A stretch of DNA of 64,000 nucleotides from Tubulanus polymorphus (Eukaryota > Animalia > Nemertea): contig NC_134027.1 in assembly GCF_964204645.1 (NCBI RefSeq), positions 2,016,485 through 2,080,484 of the forward strand, given 5' to 3'. The notes beneath the pieces are model-generated. The model did not search any database and was not told the origin of the DNA. It saw nothing but the letters and a program-made list of their open reading frames with translations. The translations under genes and the position numbers were made by a program. Below, piece after piece: positions 11,661 to 26,765 of the stretch; position 1 is the first letter of the stretch, and each line of letters opens with the position of its first letter.

Positions 11661-12927
11661 TAAATGACACACGGTTCCGGGTTTGGCAGCATTTATTCGC
11701 AGAAACCCATCAGCGGTCCAGCGTCTATCTCTCTCTCCGCGCCGTGAACGTCTAACGGAGAATAGAAACTGCGATGATCGATGTAGATATGTCTGAAGGT
11801 TGGCACTTTGATTTAATTCAGATCAATCGAAAAATGATGAATTATCCGAGCAGTGAATTATTCGTCAAGAAAATTATAACAATCGTCGACAGCCGGTTGA
11901 CGAAATAGACACAAATTTATCCATTCTGAAGCCGTATATGAATTTAATGTCATTAATCAAGATCTGCCTCATTAATCACTCGGAAACGTTAGAACCCGAC
12001 TGACAATCATTGTCAGAGTCAGAGACAATCACCAATATCCTGTCTTCCGGGGCTGTGACTCACACGATCAATACGAACAGTCAAAACTTTTAGATGAGTT
12101 CCCGAGTGAGAAACTGTTCGACTGAAGGCGAACTTAATGTGAACACGAATGAAACGAAATGGAAGCAATACGAATATACGTAATATGTATTATTTAAGTG
12201 AGCGGCAAAAATTGAAACCAACCATATTATCTCAAAAATGATTTTATTAACGATTACAATAAAGATTTGAAGAAATAATGTATCGTATCCACGGGAATGA
12301 TAATTTTTTCAGGCGGTCTGGTTAAATTTGGAAGATTGGCACTAGATTTTAGAAAAACCATTTATAACGAAGCGCATATGAGTGGCATAGAAGCACACAT
12401 TAATCACGGTCATGAAATCTTTACTAGTTGAACACGATATATTGACAGGCCTGACAATACCCTACCACTGAACTAACTCTATCCTATACGTCTTGTCGTC
12501 AGAGACACCGACACAGTTCTTCTGACATCAGATGATTGATGGCATTCTTTAGTTATTCACGTTTTTGTGCGCGCGTCTCTCGTTTGAAAGCCGAATGAAA
12601 AATTTAAAAAAAAAAGAAAAGAAAAAGACGCTTTCTCATCCAGGATATTCATCGTATGTGGATTCAGAAACTCATCCGCTAATAAACACCAATTTTTTAC
12701 TTTATACATTTAGACATCATAACAATTGCCCGCGTTGAGCGTCGTGCTCAATTCTACTGCATGGATTGTGTTCTTTCGAAATAAGTATGAATTATAAGAT
12801 ACGAATTCAGCGAAATCATTACCACGATAGTACAAAAAGAAGTGTTCGCCAAAAAAGATATGATTCATATATTGCACATTTCATTACAATTAATTACTGA
12901 AATTTAATATAAAAAACATGTTTATTG

Positions 12928-14162
12928 TCATTCACGTCCTGCATCCGGGTCACTTGCATCTGACGGCGATGATAATGAATTTTGAGCCATTAGTTCGGTA
13001 TTCAGCGACCACACGGAAGGCCTGTAGTATTTTCTAGTCACCGGATAGTCACTCGTGCGCTTCAGAATTTTGTCGAGATTCTTTGATTCGTTGCTGTGAC
13101 TGAGATGGATACAGCATCTATAACCGATGAACGCTATTGCTAATGTCACGAACAATCCAGCGAATGTAGTTCCTAGACCGACTTTCAATGTATTATCCAT
13201 GTCCCAATCAATATCTTCTGTAAATCACCAAGGAGTAATATCTCAATTTATCAATTATATATATACTATTAATTCATTTGCATTATAATATATTATCTAC
13301 AGTACAAACTGGGAAAGGTGCAACAAAAAGTCGTTTTTGAAAATACCTTTCTTCTTCGTACAATGTTGGCCTTCATCTTCCAACTTCCAACACTGACCGA
13401 TGTCGTCACACTTCAACGTATCATTTATGCATATGTTGTCGTGACATGCGAATTGGTCCGGTTTACATGGCCCTGAAATATATCACCAATGTGCCATCTA
13501 TACTAATCCGCTCGCAAACGAAGTTAAGTTCTCTGGTGCCAGAATATAAAATCTGATGTATATCATCAGAGTTTTCGCCATCTATAGGAAGCTATCGATG
13601 AAAAACCGATAAATACTTTACCTTCCTCGAAAGCGACGTACACAATTTCAAAACCAGTCGTTCCAGAGTTTTCGTCAGTGACGAAATGAATCATAACTTC
13701 GGATCGGGAGGATCGTGTTGTCAAAGGATTCAAATCGCCACAAAGATCGTTATTACTGATGAGACGTTGTGAAGACGTCAAACTGGGTCCATCGTATACC
13801 CGCAGGTAATCCACGCAAAGCCCGTTCCGCGCACTTTCCACACGGAACCGTCGGAAATGGAGAGCAATCCTTTTTCCCGGGGGTACTCTGATTTTAAGAG
13901 AACAGTCAAGATTATCCGGATAAGTCAAAGACAGACTGACCTCAATACGTCCAGTTTCACTCACTGGTATCTCTTTGTTACAGTTTTCCGTCAAGAAAGC
14001 TACAGGAAAGAGAAATAAGACATTTCAATCCGCGGATACCATGTACTGATTCAGTGCATCTGAATAATACTTACTAGATATTTGTAAGCCATAACTCGTA
14101 GTTGGATTACAGACATAAATAATGAACCACGAAAATAACTTCATGATCGTCACGATTCTCAT
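12928..14162 (-). CDS. Type I membrane protein: signal peptide, one CUB domain, one LDLa module, TM helix, short tail (Culd/NETO-like architecture)
   Basis: Exons at about 14162-14075, 13999-13622 (YPDNLDC..IALHFRRFRVE..CVDYLRVYDG..IHFVTD..GFEIVY), 13472-13347 (CKPDQFACHDNICINDTLKCDDIGQC...DE) and 13217-12928 (TM helix VGLGTTFAGLFVTLAIAFIGY). Confidence 0.85.
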
Positions 14163-15488
14163 TTTGTCACTTTATAATAACTCACGGCAGTCACTGCGGC
14201 GTTAACGGTAGAATCACATCTCAATAACATTCAGTAAAATTTCGTGCTGTTGAATCTTGGCGACGGATTTTTTCTCAGCGTGACACTCGACTATACACGG
14301 CACGTATAGGCCTTATCAACGGTAATAATGCATGAACTCTACCGCATAAAACCAAAACTCGATATTTATCGGCAATAAACAATCAAATATTTGCTATCAC
14401 CGATGGGCTTGCGAAACTGGTTCAAATTACCGAGATAAGAATTAAAGTGTGCCTCTAATGGATTTCCTTAGAGTAATTTTGTTCAAACCCCTGGGGTGTT
14501 GGGGAATTAGTCGAACTGGTTCTTCAATTGAAAAATTTCCCTTAATATTAAGTTCAAACGATTTCAATTATAGAGAAGATATTCTGGTTTTTTGTATTCG
14601 AAGCCTTTGCGTGAGTTTATAACTAAATTATATACTTCCTCACGAAATGAGAAACTTCGTTAAGAAAACGAGAAAAAAAGAAAATATTCTTGTATTTATT
14701 TTATTGTTATTATATTGCAATACAACATTTCAAAAAAATTACCCTTTTCAGAGAAAACGTATTAACATATTATATATGTCATGTGAAAACTCAATGCTTC
14801 CAAAATGATATGCTTTATCAGTAAAATACCCTGCTTGGTGGATTGACGAGCAGGAATTTTTTCAATGAGAACTTGATTTCGTTCCCTCAATCTCATACGA
14901 ATGTTGCAAGTATTCGTGTATATTCTAAAATCACATACAGTCAGCCCCGATATAGGATTTATAGGTGTATAGAGAATATGGCTGTAGAGATCGGGGGAAT
15001 TATAACTAGTTTCAAGACAAAAGTACACATGTTCAGTTCTCTGAAAAAACCTGATGTTAAGCGAGGATCGGATGACGGTCGATAGGGAGGCGGTAAATCG
15101 GGGAGTGACTGTAAAAGTGGGGGTCAAAATGTGAAAGTAAAAATAATGTATATGGATAAAATTGATCCTCTAGCCTTAAAGTATTCGATATCTGATCGCA
15201 TTCAAGAGTCTTATTGCCGTTAAATCGTAAAACAATTAGGAAAATAAAAGCCTCTAATTATTCTAGGCAGTGTTTATGTATATGTATGTACGTATGTTAT
15301 CATATATGTTTTGATCGAATTATTTGTATATACGTATTCCGTCACCTACGCGTAGATTTCCCAATATTCCCGTTTGACAACGTGTGTGTCTCTCCTTGTA
15401 CCGCGATATGAAGTTATTTTCAGATTAAATATCACACAAAACATCGATTAATTCATCTCTTATACACATCGACACGAAAAGCGGTCAT

Positions 15489-18400
15489 CTAATAAATATG
15501 AGATTTCGATTCGTTCGACTTTTCCTCTTCTATATACTCGTCTATTTGCTGCGAATACGCGTCTGTAGTGGCCCACGATTGTCGTTCTCCGCTACCGAAT
15601 ATCAGATAGGCGATACTACCCAAAACATTCACCCCGGCAGCAATAGCGAATACGATGCGCCATTCCGTTACCGACTGAAAATAATCATACATTCATTAAA
15701 CGCTATGCCATATTTCCAATTTAGACATAACGATATGCACATTATGTTCGCGTCACCTTATTGACGACGATATATCCAGCTAAAGTTGGACTGATTATAC
15801 CGGAAACAACGGTCAAACAGTTGGACACACCCATAATCATACTGGCGTACTGTAAGATAAATCGGCGGATTATCAGTGATGATATTGAAGACAGGTGATA
15901 AATGAATGGGTTTATTAGGCTAAACTAAACACTCTGAGTGGTTGTTATATTATTTACTGTTGTGGCTCTTCTTGTGTTCGTGTTACCGAGAATTACCAGA
16001 TACTCATTTTCGTACATCATTAAACATTTATAGTCGACAGTGACATCTAAGGAAATAGTAAGATGAACGTTACGTGATGAATTTCTACCTGAGGAGCTAT
16101 ATCCAGCGCGTTGACCGGGAAAGTCGGGTAAGACATGCCCAGAAATGCGAACGACACGTTCAGAAGTATCATGGCCGTTGCGTAACTTTGAGCGTACGTT
16201 GACCCGATTAAGAAGGTATTCATACCAACACAACCTGTCAAGTAAAGGTAACATTTAAAACCTTATAATACCTGTATCATGATACAAAAAGACTAATTAC
16301 GCGGAACCGGTAGCTTAATTGGTAGACTAATCACGTTACGTATGGAGAACTTGCGTACGCAACCTACAGATGTTGGGCATCAAAGTCCAATACGGATTTT
16401 GAATATGATAGAATTTAATCAATTACATATCGAATTTGTATCATACTTACACAATGTACAAAATAGTTTTCTTGTTTTAGTTCTGGAGAGATATTCTCTT
16501 GAGATCAAAACATCGGCAACTTGACCACTCAGTATTCCCGTAATAAATAACACTATATACGGAAATGCGGATAACCATCCGGTCTGGAATAGAATACAAA
16601 AATCAAATCAGAAATCTTCCGTCAACCTCGATTTATGACAGGACTCGACAGCGAAACTGATTCTTTACCTTTTCGATTCTAAACTGGTACATATCTTCTA
16701 AATACGTGGGTAATGTGGTTAACATGAGATAATAACACCAGTACGTACACAAATCTAGAATAATGATTGCTATAGTTGCTGGACTGGTAAAAATACGGAA
16801 ATATGGCGGCCGATTGTGCTGAAAAAGAGAACAATAAACAATTTTCTAAAACCTCCTCTGAAAGGTTTTTCCTTCAGCCGATCCGTTTTCTTTTTTGGTC
16901 ACAACTTCCAAAGACAATTCGTAATATCATAAACCCCTTTTACGTAGATGGAATATTTTCTTTGAAGTATTCACGAGATGCTACGATTGATAATATATCA
17001 TCTCCATCGTCAGGCATTTACCGATAAAGCGGCGTTATGCGTGACTGAACACCGTGCGTTAAGAGGCAACAAAAAAGTCAGTTTCCCTAATAAACGATGA
17101 TGAAAACAAACATAAACCTTGAATGTATAGCGCACTAGTCAATGGGTCGCGATTATGAATATTTCACTCGATGAGTTGAGATACGACACTTTGACACACG
17201 GTAACTCAATAACACATGTTAGATATCGAAAAAAACGTATCTCATTTTTTTATAGACCACTTCGATGACGCCTACAATTGATTGTCACATCGCTACATTG
17301 TTCGAATAGTTTTCCAAAATATAAACGCCGATTTTTTTTCGTTTTTATTTCAAAGGCGCCCCTACATTAGAATTACCGAATTTGAATTGGAGAACGCCGC
17401 GCGTCTATACTGAAATACGTAAACATTTCCCACTAAGCTGAGATCAGTAAATGATATTTCACAGGTAGAAAACACTGCGACGCTTGACGGTATTTCAACT
17501 TCCGTTTATAGACTTTTAGCATCGCGTACAGCAACGATCTATATCTGAAATTATTAATTTGCAGCGCAAACGACGACCACTTAACTCTGACAATAGCTGT
17601 TCTCGTCGTGTACCTTGACATTAGTTCATTTTTACCCAGTATCTATTACAAACTGTCACGCACAACATACATTTTCCCGATAAAATCGTCTCAATAAAAG
17701 CAAACATAATTAACGAGTTGAGGCAAAATGCCGATAACGCCAAATTGGTCATTCTTCTGTACTGCGCTAATTTACTGGAATTGGAATTTTCAAGATTTGT
17801 TTCGTTAATGGTTCTGTGCGTGCACAGAACATGGGTTTTTATAGTTTTCGTTATTGGCGCTCCAGCTTACTGTATCTGATTTCACTAGGTTGATGTTGTT
17901 TTCTAAATATTCTAACTCAGTTTGTGAGATCCTGGGATGTTGACTAGGTGTTTCAGTCACCAGTAACCACCATAAAAACACCCAAATTATTGCTATCAAA
18001 CCTAGAATAAACAATTAAAAACAATGTCAATGATTTCCATCAAAACAATTGTATTTCTCAAATCATACTTGGTCTTAAGTTACCGTAAGTATAGAAGACT
18101 GATTGCCATCCGAGACGAGCTGTGAGGACACCTGATAATCCTAAACACGCTATTATACCAAATTCTTTACCTAAATAATACAATATAAAAATTTCGAAAA
18201 GTATAAGACTGTTCACTATAAGCATGGACTCTTCGTTTTAGAGTCGATGCTATTATATAATTAATGTCATACATGCACGTTTTAAACTGTTTGAATTTGT
18301 TTTCTATATGTATATATGTACCACGTAAAGTGCACACTCAGACTTCGTGAAATCGCTCAAATATTTATTAATGCCCAATTCCTATGTTATTAGTAAGTTT

Positions 18401-21400
18401 CGCGTGAATAATTATAGCTAAGTGTTATCCATTCTCTGAAATATCGTATGAGCATCCGTACTTTGATATTTTGCCTGAAGCTATATGATGTCGTTCGTGA
18501 CAACCATTGAAATCTTAACAGGATTTCGTATATATACTATTGACGGTATCCTGGAGGTGTAGAAACCTACAGTCGATCTGTCAAGTTCCTATTGTTCCAC
18601 GAAACGTAAGAAAATTCTACAGAGACAACTGAGACACGGGAAGATGTAAATTGAATCACACCGCTGAATTTCCCCGGTTCATTGGCGTGCAAATCAGCCA
18701 GCGAAATATAGACCAATGTGTCTCGATAGAGAGAGACGTATCGCGCAGTTTATAAATAAAAAGTTACCATTAACCCGTTATAAAAATCAGATGTTCTATA
18801 TTAGAAATCTAAGTCCCTTCTGCTGTTGGTATGGTGGCAATGGACATAATAATGAGGCGGATTCGAACCAAAGCACGTACCAGCAATACTTGATGTCATT
18901 AGTTTACTGCGTTCTTGATGTGTCACCCAATGTCTCATTATTCCATAAATAGCAGGAAAACAGACACCCTGAAAATGAATAAGAGAAAATAGATTGATTT
19001 CGTTCCGTTGTAAGAAATATTCGATTTCTCAGGTGCAAAAGTTTGTCGACACCGTGCAACCGGTGAAGTATTCCCGTGTTTCAGAGATATTCGTGATGGT
19101 TAACACCGAGGTTTCTGCATCTCGTGACTCAAAACATTATCGAGTTCATCATGTTGACACCTAAAATTTGCCTTTTAAATTGGAATTTACCCAATGCGCG
19201 CAGACATGTAGAAGGTGTTCAACAATTGGGTGATAATTTAATCTACACGAAAAACATTAGTTGATCATGAAAAGTAGAAAATTCTCTTTCACCTGGTCAC
19301 ATTTCACCGCGAATTACAGCTTTGTTCGATCACAAATTAACATCACTTGCACATTTTTATTCGAGATTTAATTAATCTAATTTAGGAATATAGGTAGATG
19401 ATGAAAGATGAACGAACATATTTTTTTACATACAAATATAACCGTGCAAAAATATCGATAGTCGGATTGACATTAAACAGGTGTAGCCTACTCTCGACTC
19501 CGTTTCAAGTATATTATGATCGATCTTCTTGTGCAGTAATTAATTACGGAAATTTCATGAAGTAAAACCAAATTATTATAGCTACAACTGGTTTTTTGAG
19601 GGTTTTGAGAATAACGTAATAGAAACAAAATCAAATTGTTGAAGATGAATAGGTAAGACTACGAACTGAGCTGTGTGGTAAAATCGTCGTGATGATATGT
19701 GACAGTTCCATTCCGTGTCAAAAATCATCTACAAAGCTTTAAATATTCATCTTTGTTTAATGACCTGTCTAGACTGGTTGTTTTCTAGGAATAAGACACA
19801 CGTATATAGCGTCTATCAACCGCCTAATGACATACCCTCCATCAAATCTGTGGCAAAGTTTTTCTAAATGGTTTGGTAAATATATGACGTCATGCAGCTT
19901 CCTCGCACGTTATCAACTGATAAATTGCGATTATCCTTAAGTGAAACATCAAAGCCATTTAGTTGCAGTGAAATGAAACTTATATAAAAATAATTTGAAA
20001 TAATGGCGTCATCAATTCACAATAAAAGCTTTTAGAGTTTCACTGTATCAAATTCAGCGTCGTTGAAACAAAACTGAATCTAATAGGAAAATAGTTTGGA
20101 CTACGATGGATTCCTTTTTCATATAAGAGATAATGGGAAACGTTTGATAATTATAAACATTCATTTAAACGACTTCAATCAAGTGATTGATGCTGAGTAT
20201 TTTGTCATCGAATCGTCGTTATGGTGTATATTCTTTCGACGATCTGAAGTAGCGAATGACGCTGCTTATACAACTCGCGATATCCACGACACACCAGAAA
20301 CAAACCATTACATTATTTCTCCACGGTATTGAAATTGTTTTGAAATTCACGATGAAATGCGAACATCGCCGCTGAAGTTCTCCAGTCAGAGTTTTACAAA
20401 GTGTCAAACGAATTACTCCCGATTTTTTTTTACAAACCCTCCGCTTTGAAATAGGGTTTTCATTTGCTCGCGTAATAAAAGTGATCTGTATCGTTTTGAA
20501 CGCTGTTGGAATAAGAAGAACTGATTCAGTATGTCATACGGGACAATAGATGATTGTCGTTACCTCGTAAAACACTCCTAATTTCCCAAAAGATCACATT
20601 TTATCTGCTGCGTCAACGCGCCCAACGTGAGCCTGATTATACTCACAGATTCATGCTTGAACAATGTCGTCGTACTACGAACAACAAATCCTATAGGTTC
20701 AATGTATCTATTTTCTTCATGTTTCATTGAATCGAATCAAATCACACCGATCAATGATTGAGAATGTCTGTTGTTTTATGGCCAGAAAGTATTTGTGAAG
20801 TATACATTATTGAATACTAACCAGGAAAAATCCCTGTAGGAATCTATTAGCCATGAACATGTAGACATTTGCAGCGCATACAGGCAACAATAATGAGAGT
20901 AGACCGGTCACTGCTACCCCAACGCCGAACACATTCTTCCCTCCATATCTATGGGAAATAAACCCTGGAAGTATAACAATATGACGGGGGTGTGAACTGC
21001 TGAAGAAGAAGATAGAGTATTATTCGTCTCCTCAGAACTATAATGATTATGATGCGCCCTGCAGTATTGGCCCCAATGGCCCATAGGAATCAACATAATG
21101 ACCAATTACGGACACGTCATGTCGTGAGTACGTGAACTGTCCGCCCTGTAGCATACAGTGTTACTGACTCGTCTTACCGCCAGGAATTTGGGTTATCACG
21201 TAACCGTAGAAAAACGAACTGAGAACCAATCCTTGCTGTTTCGTGTCCATTGGGTATTCGGCTTCCTATAAATCAAATGATAGTTGTATAATGGCGCGAA
21301 CTAATTAAAACTAATGATTGGAAAGAAATAAATCGATTCGGGAAAACACTCTACGATTTGAGTGGTAGTAGTTGGTTTTTTGACGGACGATTTCCATGAA

Positions 21401-24400
21401 ATCCTATCTTGATCCAGTCATATATGTACGTATATATAAATATAAAGCGTATGGTTCATTACAGACCATCAGTCGTCCTAATATAATTGCTATTCCCGCG
21501 TGAACCGTCACAGATAATCATCTGATATTTTTCATACGAGAAGTGGGCTATAGCAAAACTGTTCACAGAAAAATGAATTAATTGGCCACGCGTTTAAGTG
21601 CTGTAATTTGTCTACTTCGTCGAAGCCTCCTACAAGGCAAGATAGTGAACAAGATGAGGAAATCTATATGATTGAATTTATGCTTTCCAAAACATATCAA
21701 TTTCAATAAGCATTTCTGAAAATGGTGTAAAATAATGAACCTGATTTATAAACCAATATATGCGGGAATGCTTAAACTTAAAAACCTTCCAAAAAACCTG
21801 AACGCATACATACCACGACGAGTATAGTTCCGTTGTCATGTTTTAATGTCGAGTTTCTGGTCATGCTGACAATCGGGACGCTCAGCTCGCTTCGTAGGAT
21901 TCCCATGTTCGCTGTAGAAAAAATGTATCTAAAATAATATTGAGCGAAATAAACATTTCTGAAATTTTTAAGCCCTTATCTACGTAAGCGTACTGGGGAC
22001 TGTTTTGAAATCTAGTAACTCGGAGGCAAATATTTATAAGCGTTTTCTTTTAAATATTTATGAATTTTCTTCGAGTTCGTAACTAGGAAAATATTCTCGA
22101 TTGATATTTTTGTTTTTTTGCATTTAATTCAGAAGAAAACAATCTTCATTTATTTTCATAAGCTCCCGGGGCCCAGCGGACGCGTCGTCCGTCCATCAGC
22201 AACTCGTCTCAATTTTTCAATTTCGCCTAGAACTTGTAATACTGTACTTCCGTTTATTTCACGTTGTTACTTATGTTACAAATGAGTCTGAAGGAATAAG
22301 AATGTTTCATTTATCTCATCGAATTCATATTTCTGCGGGAAAACGGTTCATTTGGTTTTTCCTGATTGCTAAAATGTGTCTTTGACATCTGCCATGCTCT
22401 GACCCATGGTAAAATAAAACGGATGATGAGTCATGTGAATTTATATTCATCAGAATTAATAAATTGATCTTCACGCTTCTCACGAAAGTGGCAGAGACGA
22501 TTTCTACAGATATTCCATGAACTGATCAATCACTTAACAGACTTGTATATATGCATAGTTCAGACTTGATTTCCGAAGAATTGCCAGGCGAATATCGCCA
22601 TAGATTTATGACTGGAAACTCCTTGTATCAGACTTTGATAGAAGATTCTACATTTGACAACACTTTAGTTGAATTAATGGAAATAAAAAGTAGAGACATG
22701 GCAAGATTTAACACAGATGAAATGTATTCTAAACGTAATCTTAAGTCATTTCTGGTTTTTCATAGTGACTATTGTCTTTATGAATTATTGGTGAAACGAA
22801 TATTAGACGATTTTACTGTGCAGAAATTGGTTAGAATCGAATGTATCGAACTCCTGGACAGCGTCTTTTACAAGCGACAAAAAACAAATGTAAATCCATG
22901 AAACCTCTATTTTTCTTATTATTATTATTACGTCAACTCCATATGTTTGATTCCCACTGATTCCCACCGGCGAAATATCAATTCAGCAATAGTTATTTCG
23001 ATGCAGGTTGTTTGTATCGTTATTTCGATGAGGTCCACAAATTCAAAATCGATTTGTAACTTAGATTCAGAGCAAGACGGTAATTATACTAGTGTTTAGA
23101 TATCACAAAAGTTTATGATAAATGTAATTACGTTTCGCCCTCAATACCGATTGTATTGCATGTGACAGGTAGTAAATATTTCTTTATTGTAAATCATATT
23201 CTGCCTTCTGTCGTACGCATACGTCTCGCTTTTAATCGAATTCTAATTCAGTGTTGGTAAATTAATCTCATTACGAATAATTCTTTTATCGTAAATCACA
23301 TTAGCAACTTTTCTACACGTGAAGTCTCAATCCGCGAATGGCTGTTTATTAACTGAGCTTACGTTTTAAAAGAATGGTCTTGTTTTTGGAAGATTTCGCT
23401 CTACTAACCGTACTACGAGAACGGGGGAGTCGGAGTAAAAATGTAAATGACCACCTAATCGAGTATTTTTCAACTGGAATTTTAGTTATTCATGCGGGCA
23501 ACTTTCGAGAGAAGATGAACAGGTGGAATACATGATGTAGTATTGGATGTTTTGTACGATGAAGTACCATTGAGATTAGACAAGTCATTGTGAAAATAAC
23601 ACTTGTCGAATATAACCGCAGTTAATCTGTATTCATCACGCACTGTCGACCAATAGAACTAATAAACCGATTCTAGTTCTCAAAGGCGACCATATTAACT
23701 GTTATGTCCCACTAGTGATCGTAAATATTTACTAGTTATTGGTCATAGAGAAAGTCGTGTTTTTTTCTAAATTAACTACATCAGAGACATACAGAATCAC
23801 GAACGCGAATGAATCGGCTAAAGGTGCAAAAATCTACAAGAAATATTTCATATATTTCAAAAGAAACACTACATTCGTATAAGTGATATAATAGATATCT
23901 AGGCTAATGCACTCTCGATGTTCTCTCTCTATTGAGGCTAATCAGCGCCGTGATATACTACAAGCGAGGAAAATATGCCGGACCATTCATGTCTCAATTG
24001 ACAATCCCTCATGTCAAAAATGCTTGAATCATGCATTATGTATACCAACGAAATGCGATAGGCCCATATGAATTAACCCCCTGTAAATATATCATTCAGA
24101 ATTGTTTTGAGCTAAAACTCAAATCTGTATTTATCATCAATCGCAGCTTCGTGTGGCGCTGACAAAAGCTAGATCATTAAATGGTTGCTCTATCGGCAGT
24201 CACACCGGCCAATACGCCAATAATTCCCCCTCTCCAACTAAAACTATCGATGACTCGTTTAACTGGGAACCCGACACGTGTTATGGGACTTGTGGCTAGG
24301 ATTTTGAAGAGGTTCAGAGCGATGTGTGAGGGGAAGATGCACTACTTGTCATCTAAGCCATCTAAATCCATCATAAATATGACTTTTTGTGTGTCTGAGT

Positions 24401-26765
24401 CAGTGAGTGTGGATTGAATAGGTAATTCATACGCATTTGCCATTCATTTTATACTATTTCTACCCCCCCCCCCTCCCGAAACATTCTACCCTCTATTGAA
24501 ACCAATTGCCAGCAGGTTTTGCGTCGTCATCAGTCAATAGGTAACCGTTCTTCCTTTTAAAAATGCATTCGAATCGAGAATTTATCAGAACGTATCTCTG
24601 GTTTGACGTTTGTGTAATTAAATTTGTCAGTCTTACTCTGAGAGCTGGAAGTTCGATGATCCAGAAAACGCTTTATGGAGCCCCCGAGGCTCGTTAGGTA
24701 TGGATGTGAAATTCAGCGCTTATATCTCTTGAGAAATCGCTATGAAATTACTCTCGTTCATTTAACATTACACCCACTAACTGTTTGCTGTAATAATGAC
24801 GCGAAGGCTCTAACTCATAGCGATGATTTTACGAAAGAAAAATTACCATTAATACACCATTGCCCAGGTTCCGAACGATCAGAAAATAGTACATATTCGC
24901 GCATGTTTAAATTCAATCTCAGTAGCCCAATACAACAAACACCCCCGGAGTAATTTGGATACTTCGACTAAGCGGCTAAAATTCAGGATAAGTTAGCTCC
25001 ACCAAACGCAGTGACTAATAGTATATCGTTTTGCATAATTGATAAATTTTGAATAGAATTCATCGTATCTCAACACGACTGCAACATACTTAATAGTTAT
25101 TGTCAACACTGTGATAAATAAATAATACATTGATGGTCTTGATTGTGTCAAAGACAACTTTCAATTCCCATCTATTCATAATCCATCATTTTCAATACAA
25201 TATATCGATAATTCATTCGTTTAATGTACTTCATATATTCTTCAATAAGTGTATATCTGAAATAACGTGACTTCAAGAATTTCAAAAGTTGTTACCATAT
25301 TTTTCGGTTAGTTAATATAGAATTCAACCGTATGCTTAACAATGCGTCAACTACCGTGAAACGTATCGGATACCAGCACAAACAATCTCATCTGGATAAT
25401 TTACGCTTCGAAATGTGCTTCTTTCTATTAAATTGAATCTGGTCAATGCGCGGTACAAACAGCACAGATATATTATTTACTACTACTTTAGGAAAATCAC
25501 TACAAAATACTTTGGGACTATTTACGCGTGGAAAACAACCAAACAAAATATGAAAATGGATCAATTATTCAAATAGATAAAAGGGGCAATCCTAAATGCT
25601 TTTTAAAGGATCTGTGCAATTTTTAAAAAAGTTACGCAAACCCTACAACATTATTTGAAATTTCAACAGAAATCTATATCATAACATTTTGTCTCATGAA
25701 TAAAATAACATTTTAGCTAAACTGCATATCGACCACACATGGAAACGAAAGTGACATTTTATCCCGTGTATAATTTAGTTGCCATTTAGTTGGGGATGTC
25801 TACGATAATTAATTGATAAATTGCTCTGTCAAATCAGAACTAGGCAGAAGCTGTTTTTTAGTTATACGTTTTGCAACGTGTTACGAACCGATGCTAAGGT
25901 CGACAATTTGGTCTCGAAGGCGACGGCTAATGGAGGAAAATGAGAAATATTTTCCTCACATAACGCAATATATTGCGGAATCTAATCACAGTGAAACCGG
26001 TAGAAACTGGCGCTGACAGATCCTGGAACGTACTGTCGATTGATGAATCTTCGTCGTATTTGCGATCATTTTCCCGTCACGTCCATATCATAACTTTTAA
26101 ACAACACAAGTTACTAGGATAATGATGCTTCATAAACCTTACAAAATCATCCTTTATCTCACTTAGTATCATTAAGTGACGTGATTTGCGTACAAAATTG
26201 TAGAAATGTTTAGCGCAAGATATGAAGACAATTTAGTCGGGTACTGCTGTAATGTGGGTAACTGGTTTACAGTAATTACATGTGTTTAGGCATATTGAAA
26301 TGTTTGGAGTAAAATCGACAATTAGAAGCAAAAACTAAACGACGGTTCATTTCATAAAGTATAAGTGTGGTGTATGGTCTGTACCAAACTGGTTTTGGGG
26401 TAACCTTGAAATATGATATTAAAACTGAAAAAATGGTACGTCATAGTATGAAATTATACTTCAAAAAATCTAAATAGAACCTTACTCCATTTACTTCATT
26501 CAATGAAATAAGTATTGATTTATTGAAAATAAAGAACGATATTGAAAACACTGAAACCATGTGAAAATTCACGAATTTACATACCACATCCAAAAAACAT
26601 CATAAGCGCGACGATGTATCTCTTCGGTAAATTACAACAACATCGTTTCCTGTGTTTGTTATCCTCCTTTTCTTCCTCGTCTGGTAATTTGTGTTGAGAG
26701 TAGTTTTGTGATGATATTGGTTTTAACGCGGTTTGTTCGTTATTTTCTCTGCTCTGGTCAAACAT
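15489..26765 (-). CDS. SLC17 (sialin/VGLUT-like) MFS anion transporter, copy A, 12 exons with long 5' introns
   Basis: [95 protein letters not shown]. The ORF is intact across GT-AG junctions. Confidence 0.88.
22551..22901 (+). other. Orphan 116-aa ORF antisense within intron 1 of SLC17 copy A (possible decayed coding sequence)
   Basis: Protein-like composition; the frame continues upstream across one TGA (22518). No family recognised. Confidence 0.3.

Noticed and set aside
22160-22210. GC-rich hairpin resembling a Helitron 3' end
   Set aside because: It ends in CTCGT rather than CTRR, and no second copy or 5' end was found.
22518-22520. Selenocysteine or readthrough at the in-frame TGA before the orphan ORF
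   Set aside because: No SECIS recognisable by eye and other stops lie nearby; decay is the simpler explanation.
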